Positions 13,641-24,879 of a stretch of 64,000 bases of DNA are shown here, in pieces (position 1 is the first letter of the stretch; each line of letters starts with the position of its first letter). The notes beneath the pieces were generated by a model. That model saw only the letters and a list, made by a program, of their open reading frames with translations. It did not search any database and had not been told where the DNA came from. This stretch comes from the human T2T-CHM13v2.0 reference genome, Homo sapiens, in NCBI RefSeq assembly GCF_009914755.1, contig NC_060925.1; one strand, 5' to 3'. Both the position numbers and the translations under genes were made by a program.

Positions 13641-13749
13641 TATTACTATTACTATTATTTTTGAGATGTAGTCTTGTTCTGTCACCCAGGCTGGAGTGCC
13701 ATGGCTCAATCTCGGCTCACTGCAACGTCCCGTTTCCCGGGTTCAAGCA
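13641..13749 (-). mobile_element. 5'-truncated Alu with 15-bp TSD
   Basis: TSD atgagaacagtaaat at 13626 and 13750. Confidence 0.9.
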
Positions 13750-13764
13750 ATGAGAACAGTAAAT

Positions 13765-14770
13765 AAACTACAGTTCACATAAAGTGCACAAATCTTTAGT
13801 GCAGTTCGTTTATTTTTGATGAATGTAATCACCACCCAGCTCAAGTTATAGAAAATTGCCATCATCTGAGAAAGGCCTGTTAGAGCCCCTTTCCAGGCAA
13901 TTCCCACCCTGTGTCCTCTTAGTTAATCACTATTCTGATGTCTATTCCCATAGGTTACAATTGCCTGTTCTTAAAGTTCACATGAGTGAATGGACATATC
14001 TTTTGTATCTGGCCTTTTTTCTGCAGGTATGTTCATTATACTCATGAGATATATCCACGTAGTTTCATAGATCACTTCTCAATTTTGGTGTTATTGAATT
14101 CTTGTGATGAATATTCTTCTACAGGTCTTTTTGTGCACTTGAGATTCATGGAAGTACTTCAATTGCTGGGTCACGACCTGAGTACAAGTTTAACATTAGT
14201 ATAAATTGCCAGTCTTCTAGAATGTTTTTTCACCAGCAATGACAGTTGAAGTGGCACCAAATTCTTGTCAGCATTTGGTGTACTAACTTTTTAAAATGTA
14301 GCTATGCTCTCAGACCAAACTGGCCAACATGGCGAAACCCCGTCTCTACTGAAAATATAAAAATTAGCCAGGCATGGTGGCATGCACCTGTAGTCCCAGC
14401 TACTCAGGAGGGGGAGGTTGCAGTGACTCAAGATTGCACCAATCGCACCATTGCACTCCAGCTTGGGTGAGAGAGACCCTGTCTCAGAGAAAAAAAAAAA
14501 AGTAGTCACACACTGGTGATTGGTTAGTGGTATCTCAGTGTGGAATTAATTTGTACTTGCCTAATGAGCAATACTATGAAGCATATTTTCTTATGGCTTC
14601 CAGCATATAAGAAATTCTCCTTTGCAAAGGCCTATTCGAATATTTTGCCCGATTTTATTTGGCTTAGCTCTATATTACTGATTTATGAAAGTTCTTATAT
14701 ATTCAGGAGTTGAGTCATTTTTCAAATAAATATATTGCAAATGACTTTTCCCAGTCAATGACTTGACTGA
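13765..14770 (-). mobile_element. Ancient L1M fragment (contains the Alu at 14312)
   Basis: Decayed L1 3' region motifs (gtggtatctcagtgtggaattaatttg, ttgcaaatgacttttcccagtc). Confidence 0.65.
14312..14501 (+). mobile_element. Truncated Alu
   Basis: ggccaacatggcgaaaccccgtctctact...gcactccagcttgggtga plus A tail. Confidence 0.9.
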
Positions 14771-14781
14771 CAACTGAAAGC

Positions 14782-15394
14782 TGTCAACTGAAAAATCACA
14801 CAATTTATAAATTTAGAAAGGAGATTTTATTTTTTTATAAAGGGTTACAGCCTGCAAGTGGCCATTCTGACAGACTGGGAGGCATAGCTTCCTGCTGAAA
14901 CCCGAAAAGTAGGTTTCCAGGGAGGGGAGGGCGAATAGTGATTTACGTTGATCTGGCTGGCCACATATACATATTCAACAGGGAATAGGGGGAGCTCTGA
15001 ATATTTGTGAAGGGATCCTGCTGCATGCATGCTGAGTAAACATGCCTGTTACATGCAACCCATGTTCACTTTGGGGTGGAGACAACATTTAAATACATTA
15101 TAATTAGGCCCTATGCTTCAAAAGGTGAAGCAGGGACACAAAGGCAATCAAGTGCATAGCTTCTGTAAACTGTCCAGAACCCGCCCACGGCCAGTGGTCT
15201 CTTATCAAGAGAAAACTACTGAAATCAGTCTCTTGTCCAATCAAAGCAGTAGTTACGGCTTGTGTAGGGAGGGCTCAGTCAGTTTATGGTAATAGGTGAG
15301 CTGCAAGTGCTTCAGCATTGCTTATCTCAAGGCCAGTGCTTGTTTAGCTAGAGAAAAAAAGGAAGAAGAAAAAAAAACTGGCAATTAGAACATA
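14782..15394 (-). mobile_element. Partial ERV1 LTR (MER4D-like, 3' portion)
   Basis: Colinear with the complete copy at 28310-29207; begins tgtcaactgaaaaatc; minus-strand AATAAA at 14826-14831. Confidence 0.8.
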
Positions 15395-15512
15395 GTGCCT
15401 ACTGCCACACACATACCACCAAATCCTGCACTCCAAGCTTCTCCTTCTGCACCCTGGACTCCCAACCTCCAGTTAGACAATCCACATCTTCCCACACCTG
15501 CCTCAGGCTCCA

Positions 15513-16022
15513 TCAGGCCACTGTGCCTCCCATAGCAACCAGGCCAGGGGGGATCTTGATTCCTATTACGTTTCTGAAGAAGGTGGTCAGGGGGTGTGGA
15601 GGATGTAGGTGGGAGGGGGTGAGGTTGAGGGCAGAAGTACACTGTGGTCTTCTGTCTTCTACCTCATTGGCCCAGGTGCTGCTCTCCCTCCGGTTGTCTG
15701 CTTTCAGCCCTTCGTGGGAAATCAGGTCTGCACCCTGATCTTCCTGACTCTCATTTTGTGAGGAACCTGAACGGATGAGACGTCGCTCTTGTCCCACAGG
15801 TTCTGTCCAAAAGGTGCCCTCCTCTCTACTTGCTCGGGGGCCTGCCCACTGAGCTCTGGCACTCAGGCTGGGATGCCGCCCAGTACAGAGGCTCTGCAGC
15901 CCTGCAGGGGTCTGACTGTTCCACACCAGCAGGATACAGGCCACAGGGCATGCTGTGGTGGAAAAGCATTCAGAGGTGTGGGCTGAAGGCTTCTCTTTCC
16001 ACAGTCCCTTTGAAGATCCCAT
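15513..16022 (-). CDS. FAM231D: FAM231-family putative protein (169 aa single-exon ORF; coding status doubtful)
   Basis: MGSSKGLWKEKPSAHTSECFSTTACPV...GIKIPPGLVAMGGTVA recognised from memory as FAM231 family; ATG at 16022. The exact paralog is uncertain. Confidence 0.6.
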   Translation of the reverse strand: MGSSKGLWKEKPSAHTSECFSTTACPVACILLVWNSQTPAGLQSLCTGRHPSLSARAQWAGPRASREEGTFWTEPVGQERRLIRSGSSQNESQEDQGADLISHEGLKADNRRESSTWANEVEDRRPQCTSALNLTPSHLHPPHPLTTFFRNVIGIKIPPGLVAMGGTVA

Positions 16023-16569
16023 GGAAGTAAGCACCCCTTTGAGGAACAAGGTGGCCCAAGGCCTGGCTTCACATGCAGGCTCTTGTGTCCCAGTGGGTCC
16101 TCTCTGTGCCTGGTATAGCCGACTGCTTCACACATCTTACCCGGTTTCCTCTCCTCCACCACCCAAGATCCTCCTCGACCTCCTTGCTCAGCTGTCCTTA
16201 GGACAGCAAGATCCCCAGCCCTTGGAAAAGCCCTATCTCCACTGCTTGGGGAGGGAGTTGGGTTCAGGTCTTCTAACCACAGAAGAACAGAGAACCTGAG
16301 GCAGGAGGGAATCCCTTCCCTTGCTGGGTCTCTTGGCACAGCCCATCTAGGGGTCTGGGTCAGGGTCCAGGTATCCTCTACCCTCCTTGAGGACCTGAGG
16401 TTTCAGGTCCCCGGGGTTTGTCAACGTAGAGTCTTTCCCACTGTTCATCTGGGAACTGTAGGAATATCCCATGGGGCCCTCTCTTACTCATTAGAGACAC
16501 CCAGAAAGTACTCCTGCAGAAACTGGGTGCAGTGTACCAGACCACAATAATTCTAATTACAGGATGTGG

Positions 16570-17070
16570 AGGTCAGATACGTTTTGTGACTATTTTCTCT
16601 CTGTCTGTGGCTTGCTTGCCTTTTCACTTTCTTAGTGGTATCTTTTGATGAGAAGGTATGGCTAATGTTGATGAAGTCTAATTTATCATGTCTTTTATAT
16701 ATATTTTTTCAGTGTCCTACTTGTTGGTAGGCTAATCTTTACCTACAGAGTATCCTTGAAATGCTTTATATCTTTAACTTTTAAGTTTTGGTGTATAATG
16801 CACCTCAAATTACTTTTGTATGTAGTGTGAGGGAGAATAACATTGTTGGTCTCCCCCACCTCCATATGAAAGTCCATTAATTGAAATGATTTATTTTCTT
16901 CTATTGAACTGCTTTCATTGAAAGCTCATTTATTGACTGTATGGCTGTGGATCAGTTTCAGGTCTCTTAACTCAGTCTGTTTATCTATTTGTCCCTCCTG
17001 ATGCCTTGTCTGTAATAGCTTATAGTAAGCCTTGAAGTCAGATAGTACAAGTCCTTGTTCTTTTGCACAC
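16570..17070 (-). mobile_element. Ancient L1M ORF2 fragment
   Basis: Translation LVLSDFKAYYK resembles L1 GLTLPDFKTYYK; continues the L1 at 13765-14770. Confidence 0.7.
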
Positions 17071-17104
17071 ATTGCAATAACTGGGTCTGGATTTAGTCCC
17101 GTTA

Positions 17105-17338
17105 GTCTGAGTGGGACTAATGCCACTATAAAAGGGACCCCAGGGAGCTCTCTCTGCCCCCTGAGGATACAATGAGAAGGTGGCAGTCTACAACCAGAAA
17201 AAAGTCCCTCATCATAACCCTACCATGTTGGCACCTTGATCTCGGACTTCCAACCTCCAGAACTGTGAGAAATAAATTTCTGTCGTGAATTAGCCACCCA
17301 GTTTATGGTATATAGTTATGGAAGCCCGAACTAAGACA
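17105..17338 (+). mobile_element. MaLR LTR 3' part (MLT1/MST-like)
   Basis: ggcaccttgatctcggacttccaacctccagaactgtgagaaataaatttctg...aactaagaca. Confidence 0.85.
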
Positions 17339-18221
17339 GAGATGGAATCCCATGGAGGGTCTCTAATTTGCTGAGCTGGTCATCAGGTGGGATGTTGCAA
17401 GTTAGAAACAAGAAGAGCTGACATTTTGTGCATATGAAAGAAGATAGTGGACAGGCCCATTGTCGTCGGCTTTGTCCGCCTTGGCGAACTGGAGACGGAA
17501 GCTAGATTCACCTTCGACAGCCACGGGAGGACCGGGAGGACCTCCAGAGGAGGTTAGGTCGACCTCATGGTAACTTTAGATCCTGAAAACTCACAGGATT
17601 TTTCTTGTCTTCCCTTTGATCTCTCTTCCGCCTACTCAACAGGACAGGACTCACCGCCTTTCTTTCCCGTCAGAAAGGGATCCCTTCCGGACAGGACAGA
17701 AGTGAGCAGATGGTTTCCCCTACGTGTCTTTCCGGGCCTGGGCGTCTCAGGAGCTCAGGCTGACCTGAGACCTAACTCCTGGCAAGTGGGACCAGCAGGA
17801 GCCTGGAAGAGCGCGCGCACCGGGGTGGAGGTTGGGCGCCGGGGGTGGAGAACCGCAGTCAAATCCTCTTCTTCCCCGCGCACCGCGCACCTGCCCCCGG
17901 GGATGCCGAACGAATTGGCCCATAAAGCTTCTCTGCAACGGAAAGAAGCCTGAAGCTCCAGGAGGTGCGAGAGGAGCCTCGTTGAGCGAGCCCAGCCCTC
18001 TGCCCGGCTGGCCCTGGTCAACAGGCTCGGAAGAGGCCGATTTGGAGGACAGAACGGAAGACAAGACCTAAAGGTTTCGAATCTCATGATGTGGAGATGT
18101 TAAAGCCTAAATCCTAAGGTCCGACTGTGAGGGGGAGCGAGGGTGTCTCGAGCTGGATCCACCCTTGAGCCTTCACCTGGAGAGTCCTCTGCACAAGTTC
18201 AGAGAGAAGGACTACGCGCAG

Positions 18222-18441
18222 CAATGGTTCTCAACAGGGGGCAACTTCGCCCTCACATGCCTCTCCCAACCCCGCTGGGACACTAGGCCGCGGCTGGGGG
18301 AAGCGGGAGGGAGAATGTTATCCCCCTGGCATGTGTCTAGTCAGCGGAGGAGACAGATGCTGCTAAACACCTTGCAATCCACGGTGGGAGGGCCCCTCCC
18401 CCACCCCGAAGTAGCCATTCGGCAGAGGTGGAGAAACTCGC
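18222..18441 (+). mobile_element. MER20 (hAT-Charlie) DNA transposon relic
   Basis: caatggttctcaacagggggc...gatgctgctaaacacc...gaggtggagaaac. Confidence 0.75.
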
Positions 18442-19120
18442 GTGTAGATCAATGCCCACGCACTTGGCCGACGGAAATCACGAATTGGTGACCAATTGGA
18501 TCTTGGATCTGAGGAAAAAGCTCCAGCTTCAGAGGGAACTCTCGAAGTTTTGCCCAGAGCAAACGGAGGGGTTGCGTTGCCATCGCCTAAAATGGGAAAA
18601 TGGCAGGCGTCACAGGTTGCAGGGGAAGGTTGGAGACCAGTTGAGTGCCCCGGAGCCTTCCTGGAAAGAGTTTCCTATCCAGCCCGCCTCGGTTTCCGCA
18701 TCCGTCTGATTCCTTATGATGTTGAGGGTGCCGGGGTCTGGGTCCTTTATGATGCAGAGGGTGCCCCCGTCTCACCTCGGGCGCCTCCCCGCTCCCGCCT
18801 CCTCCTGGCAACCTGGTGGGCGGCTCCGGACCCGGCGACCCGCGACCATCTTGTCAGTTGCTGCCGCCTGGCAAAGGGCATCTCTAGGCCAGTGGTGAGC
18901 TGCGGCCGCGTGGCCGCAACTCGCTCCAGTACTCAGGACTCCCTCGTGGAGCCCTTGGTGTGTCGCCTGCAGGTTCTTTTTTTGAAGAAAGCAGGGAGTG
19001 AACGGCCTTGTGAGACGACTCCAGGAGCAAAGGGAGACTCTCACAAGACCCAAGTCCTCCTAGAGCACAGGAAAGTGTCGCTTCAGGTCGAAGAAGGGAG
19101 AGAAAGCAGCTTTCCGCATC

Positions 19121-19192
19121 TGCATGGTTGTCTAGTGGCTAGGATTCGGTGCTGAAAGCGCCACGGCCCGGGTTCGATTCCCGGTCAGGGAA
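19121..19192 (+). tRNA. tRNA-Glu(TTC) body with GAA (Phe) anticodon; probable pseudogene
   Basis: TGCATGGTTGTCTAGTGGCTAGGATTCGGTGCTGAAAGCGCCACGGCCCGGGTTCGATTCCCGGTCAGGGAA. Loop CTGAAAG, GAA at 19154-19156, intact B box, T4 at 19196. Confidence 0.92.
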
Positions 19193-20163
19193 TTGTTTTG
19201 CACTGGCCGCCCTCCCGCAGAAATCTTCCTTTACCACGCTGTCAGCCGGCCTGCTCCAAGGGCCAGATGTAGAACAGCCTCCGCAGCGAGGGGCAAACCC
19301 GGGCAAAGGAGGGCAAGTCGTGGTGGGCCACCTCTCACGTTTATCTCCGTGTCTGTCATCCGCAGAAGCGGCTTTAGAGAGCGACTGAGCGTCTCGCTCA
19401 GGTGTACACAGCCGTGCAGAGGCCAGTCCCCGTGGAGCTGCACTTAATAAGCGCACCCTCTTTGCCGTCGCCGCCCCAGAGGTGCCTATCGGGCTGAGCT
19501 TGTGAATAACTAAGAGAGAGGCCAAGCCAAGTCATGGCGTTTGTGCGTGCCCTGGACATGGGCACCGGTCAGTCAGCGGAGCCTCCTCACCTCCGTTCGC
19601 AGCTAACATGCTCGTTAGGCCTTCGGAAGAGGCGACCGGAGGCGATGCCCGCGAAGTTGGGAGGGGAGTGAGCCGCGGGTGAGGTCCTCAAGGGCGGTCC
19701 CTTTTGCTGATTGAGCGGTAGAGGGAGGCGATGTTCGCTGACCCAACAAAGACAGCAGGTGGAGTAGGCACAAACGGAAAACTGTTGCCGGTGCCCTAAG
19801 CAGAATGCAGGTGTAAAAATTAGCACTAGGACGTCAAAGCGATGGTACCACAGTCAAATCCCACAATGTCTACACTCTACCAAGCACTTGCGCACGCTCC
19901 CCCTTTTCCATTCAGTATTCCCAAGAGGGGTTTGGAAGAACCCCGCGTCCACTGTAAGCTCAGGGGAGAGCGGGAGCCAGGGAGGTGAAGTGCACAGACT
20001 GGACAGAGGCGGCGGGCAGAACCGCGGGGGTGAGAGGGCGCGTGGTTGCGGGGCGGGAGCCACTGCTGAAAGGCGGCCTGGGTTGTCGTGTGGGGTGACT
20101 GTCGGTGGAATCTTTGGCAGAGAGTGGTTTGGAAGAATGGCGAGGGGGGCAGTGGGTAGGGTG

Positions 20164-20183
20164 GTGACCCTGAGCGTCCGACC
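20164..20183 (+). promoter_or_regulatory. snRNA PSE-like element
   Basis: gtgaccctgagcgt at about -64 from the U1 start; resembles the U1 PSE GTGACCGTGTGTGT. Confidence 0.6.
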
Positions 20184-20227
20184 AGGGCGAGGACGCTGTG
20201 CTGTCCCTGCAGGGCATGCGCTCATTC

Positions 20228-20377
20228 CCACTTACCTGGCAGGAAAGAGACCGTGGTCACGAAGGGGGTTCTCCCAGAGTGAAGCTTCTTCATCGCACTC
20301 TAGAGTTGCTGATCTCTGTGATTTCTTCAATGTGGGAAACGGTGTTTGTGCTAGAAGAGGGCTGCGCTCTCTACCTA
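20228..20377 (+). ncRNA. Diverged U1 snRNA variant / pseudogene (RNVU1 or RNU1-P type)
   Basis: acttacctggcagg..ccgtggtcacgaagg..catcgcactc..tgctgatc..aatgtgggaaac..tttgtg..gctgcgct is colinear with U1; short deletion before the Sm site. Confidence 0.9.
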
Positions 20378-20387
20378 ACATAACGGG

Positions 20388-20399
20388 GTTCAAAACTGA
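20388..20399 (+). terminator. snRNA 3' box-like element
   Basis: gttcaaaactga about 10 nt after the U1 body; resembles GTTYN0-3AARRYAGA. Confidence 0.55.
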
Positions 20400-20862
20400 C
20401 ATCGCCTCACGCCTACCCGAAAACGTTTACGTGGCTTCCTTGTCTCTTTGTTTTTTCTGTCCTAAAGTCGCCTTATCCTCACACCCCCTCACGTTTTTCT
20501 TCCACACTCGAGAGTGTCTCTCCGTCTCATTAAAAGCCCCACCAAATATTTGAAATATCTCAACCAGAAAGGCTGCAATGAATACAGTATTTCATTTGTG
20601 GAAGCTACAGACCAGCTAGGTTGAGAGTTGCTTGATATTTTCTGCTAAACCGTGAGGCATAGAGCACTTGGAAGGTTTCTCTTTGGGCCTTTGTTTGTGT
20701 ACTATTGGGTTTCCTTCTTTTCCCCAGACCGTATGGCGCTGTGGGGCCAGCGGTAAACCCTGCTTTCTGGCTGCAGATAAAGGCCGCAGCTGGTGCAGGA
20801 ATTAAAAGCAAACCAAAAGACTCGTGGGTTCGCCCCAGTGGGTCCAAGATAGAGTCTGACTG

Positions 20863-20934
20863 TACCAGGATTCAGATTAGAACAGAGGTTGCTGCAGGCA
20901 CAAGGCAGGGTACTAACCACTATAGAATCCCAAT
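20863..20934 (-). pseudogene. Decayed tRNA-His(GTG)
   Basis: Reverse complement attgggattctatagtggttagtaccctgccttgtgcctgcagcaacctctgttctaatctgaatcctggta. Confidence 0.85.
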
Positions 20935-20977
20935 GCGCCCCACACCTACTGCCCGTCGTTTTGCTTCCCCACCCCTC

Positions 20978-21290
20978 TTTTATTTATTTATGCATTTTTT
21001 TTTGAGAGACAGAATTTCGCTTTGTCGCCCAGGCTGGAGGACAGTGGCGCGATCTCGGCTCACTGCCACCTCTGCCTCTCAGGTTCAAGCGATTCTCCTG
21101 CCTCAGCCTCCTGAGTAGCTGGGACTACAAGCGTCGCCACCACACCCAGCTAATTTTTGTATTTTTAGTAGAGACGGGCTTTCACCATGTTGGCCCGGCT
21201 GGTCTCGAACTCCTGACTTCAAGTGAGTGATCCACCCACCTCGGCCTCCCAAAGTGCTGGGATTACAGGCGTGAGCCACTGCGCCCGGTC
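20978..21290 (-). mobile_element. AluS
   Basis: Full antisense Alu. Confidence 0.95.
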
Positions 21291-21972
21291 CCCCGATTTT
21301 TTTTTAATGTAAAAACATTTATGCGATTTTTACGTGTTTATTCTTGGGCAGCTACAGGTTCTTGTGATTTTCCCTCACGTCTTCTCCAGTCCATTCTGAT
21401 ACGTGTCCCATCTTCTCTGCATCCAGCCGGTGCCCTCTGCACCGGCATCCTGGGCTGTCCCATTGTCTCGTCCTGGTCTCCCCTGCTTCTTCTCCCTCCT
21501 TCTTTTCAGGTTTTCCCTTTTGACTCCCCTGCCTCTTTCCCGCTCCCGCCCCACCAACCCCATCTACTGAAGCCGAGTTGAGTGAGGGGATAGCAAGCGG
21601 AGTAGATGATTGCCTGAAGGCGGCGCAAAAAAACAGAAAGAGCTACCTACCATGAGAGCCGTCGGGGCGTTCAGCTTCCCTTGGGCCCTACTAGGCTCAG
21701 GCTGGGGTCGCAGATCCAGGCATTTCCAGAGGCACTGGCTTCTGAAGGAGGCGAGGGTTAATGGAGGGTGAAGGCCATTCGGCCGCCCTTCTGGTTTCAG
21801 AGTCAGGCAATGCAAGCGTTTCTAACGTGCAACAACACGATTAGTCGACTCAGCCTCTCCGGTTTTCCGAAGCTTTGTAGTCTGCACAGTTGTCCTGCAG
21901 AAAGCGAATGGCAACCCCTAGAGTTTAGTGATTGCTTAATCTATGTTGAGATGAAAGCGACCAACTGAGGTT

Positions 21973-22046
21973 ATCTCCGTGGAGCAATTGGTTAGCGCGT
22001 TCGGCTGTTAACCGGAAAGTTGGTGGTTCGAGCCTACCCAGGGACG
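21973..22046 (+). tRNA. tRNA-Asn(GTT) variant, probably impaired
   Basis: ATCTCCGTGGAGCAATTGGTTAGCGCGTTCGGCTGTTAACCGGAAAGTTGGTGGTTCGAGCCTACCCAGGGACG. A1-C72 and C6-A67 mismatches; T4 follows. Confidence 0.92.
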
Positions 22047-22070
22047 TGCTTTTAAATGTTGGTTAGTTGT

Positions 22071-22200
22071 GGTCAGGCGCGGTGGCTCACGCCTATTAAT
22101 CCCAACACTTTGAGAGGCCGACGTAGGGGAAGCCTCGCCTGAGCTCAGTTCAAGACCAGTGAGAATCCCATCTCATTAAAAAAAAAAAAAAAAAAAAAAA
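22071..22200 (+). mobile_element. Alu monomer (FLAM-like) with A tail
   Basis: ggtcaggcgcggtggctcacgcc...agttcaagacc plus A23. Confidence 0.85.
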
Positions 22201-22353
22201 TTGCAGTTGTTTCTCCTCAGGCCTATCACTGTATTTAAAAAGTGAGAGATTGTTCCCTTGTGTCTTGTGCATCCTATAAGTACACAAAGCAAAAGGTCCC
22301 CCTCCAAGCCTCCTATAAAATAAGATCCCTCCAGATCAAACTAGGTTCCAGAT

Positions 22354-23174
<821 letters not shown>

Positions 23175-23367
23175 GGCTTTGTGTTTCATAATCTTTTTTT
23201 CTGCAGTGTCTAATCTGCTGTTAATTGCATCCAGTGAATTTATTATCTCAGATGTTGTAGTTTTTAATCTCCAAAGTTTGATTCTGACCATTTTTATATG
23301 TTTGATACCTCTGCTTAATTCTTTGGACCCATAGAATATTGACATAATAACGGTTTTAAAGTCCTCT

Positions 23368-23658
<291 letters not shown>

Positions 23659-24809
23659 CCCTCACAGTTCCTGGCACAAGACATATTCCTGAAATGTTAC
23701 CATCTGCTGTTTTTAACTACTAGGGTTTCCAATATAACAAATTCGACTGCTTTTCAAAATTTGAGTGATAAATACGGCAGGAAACACAATCCCTCAGGCA
23801 GACAGGCTGAACCCTCATTTACGGTTCCGCGCCTAGCCCCGAAGCCAAGACCCTAGGGACCCCCAATCTGGCTTCGGGATCCCGCATCTCATGCAGGGTT
23901 TCCAGGAACTGAGTGCCCGTGTGTGGGATTCTCCCTGCTGACTCTCTGGCTCCCAGAAGCTTCAGGAGCTGGTGGAGCCATGAGTGTCCCGTGCCACACA
24001 GGAGTGTGGACGCCGCCCCTGCAGGGCTGCTGACTGCCCCTCGGGGGCCCTTTCCCCGGCGCTGGCCATTAGGGCTCTTGGCTCTTGACAGGCGATCATG
24101 CTTCGGGTCCTCCCAGGAACCATAGGACCCTCCCTGCCTGCTCTTCCACCAGGCTGAAGGGCCTGACCCGCACGCTCTTTCCTTGCTAGCCCTTTGGCCT
24201 CAGCACCTCGAATCTTCCAGAGGGCATCCTTCACTGCCACTCTCGCTGAGTCTATTCGATTCAATGTAAGCTATATTTATCCACACGTTGAAGTTTTAGC
24301 AGGTACTATAGCAAAGGCTGTGTCTCAAGGCATTTCACTCTTTGAAAATATAGAGCATCCAACCCAGGCCAAACTGTGCTTCTTGGCCTGCACTGAATTC
24401 GTTTGAAGACCAGGGCATGAAGTTCATAAAACACAAGGGTTTCAGAGCCATCACCACTGAAGGACACAGGAGCAGCCTATTCAGATTTCATGATCACAGG
24501 ATCTCCACCTCCATCTTGAGATTTTTTTTAAAGGCAGTTTTATTGCATTCTTTCATAATACTTGAAACTTTTTATTTGCATTTTTGATGTTCCTACTCAA
24601 CAGATCTTGAAGTGAATTATAACAAAGAGGTAAGGGCAGTTTTCAGAGAAAGGCAGTGTCTGTGAACTTTTCAATTTTGTCTCACAGCAAAAGATCAACA
24701 GGCAGAATTTCCTTTTGCTGAAAGATGTTAATGTGGTTTCTAAGGTGTTCCTTAGACATGAGTGTAAAAACAAATTTGGGGAAGAAAGTGCCATTTTCTC
24801 CAGCAGTTG

Positions 24810-24879
24810 CTTTTCTTACTGCAGTGGTTACCATGTTTCCTTCACATCCAAAGTTCAAATGCTCCCACCCTGGGGAAAG
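24810..24879 (+). pseudogene. Highly decayed tRNA-Val(CAC)-like relic
   Basis: gcagtggttaccatgtttccttcaca versus Val GTAGTGGTTATCACGTTCGCCTCACA (20/26 by eye). Confidence 0.55.

Larger units (their letters stand above)
17460..20450. promoter_or_regulatory. CpG island / GC-rich promoter region spanning the Glu-to-Phe tRNA and the U1 variant
   Basis: Visibly high GC and dense CpG (gcgcgcgc, gcggccgc, several GGGCGG boxes); not computed. Confidence 0.75.

Noticed and set aside
18496-19155. 219-aa ORF in the CpG island
   Set aside because: TTG start, no recognisable domain, runs into the tRNA; long ORFs are expected in GC-rich DNA
19121-19192. Call as a genuine tRNA-Phe
   Set aside because: Body and flanks are Glu-TTC; lacks G20 and has a broken acceptor stem
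19888-20553. 221-aa G/R-rich ORF
   Set aside because: TTG start; translates the U1 promoter and body, composition reflects GC content
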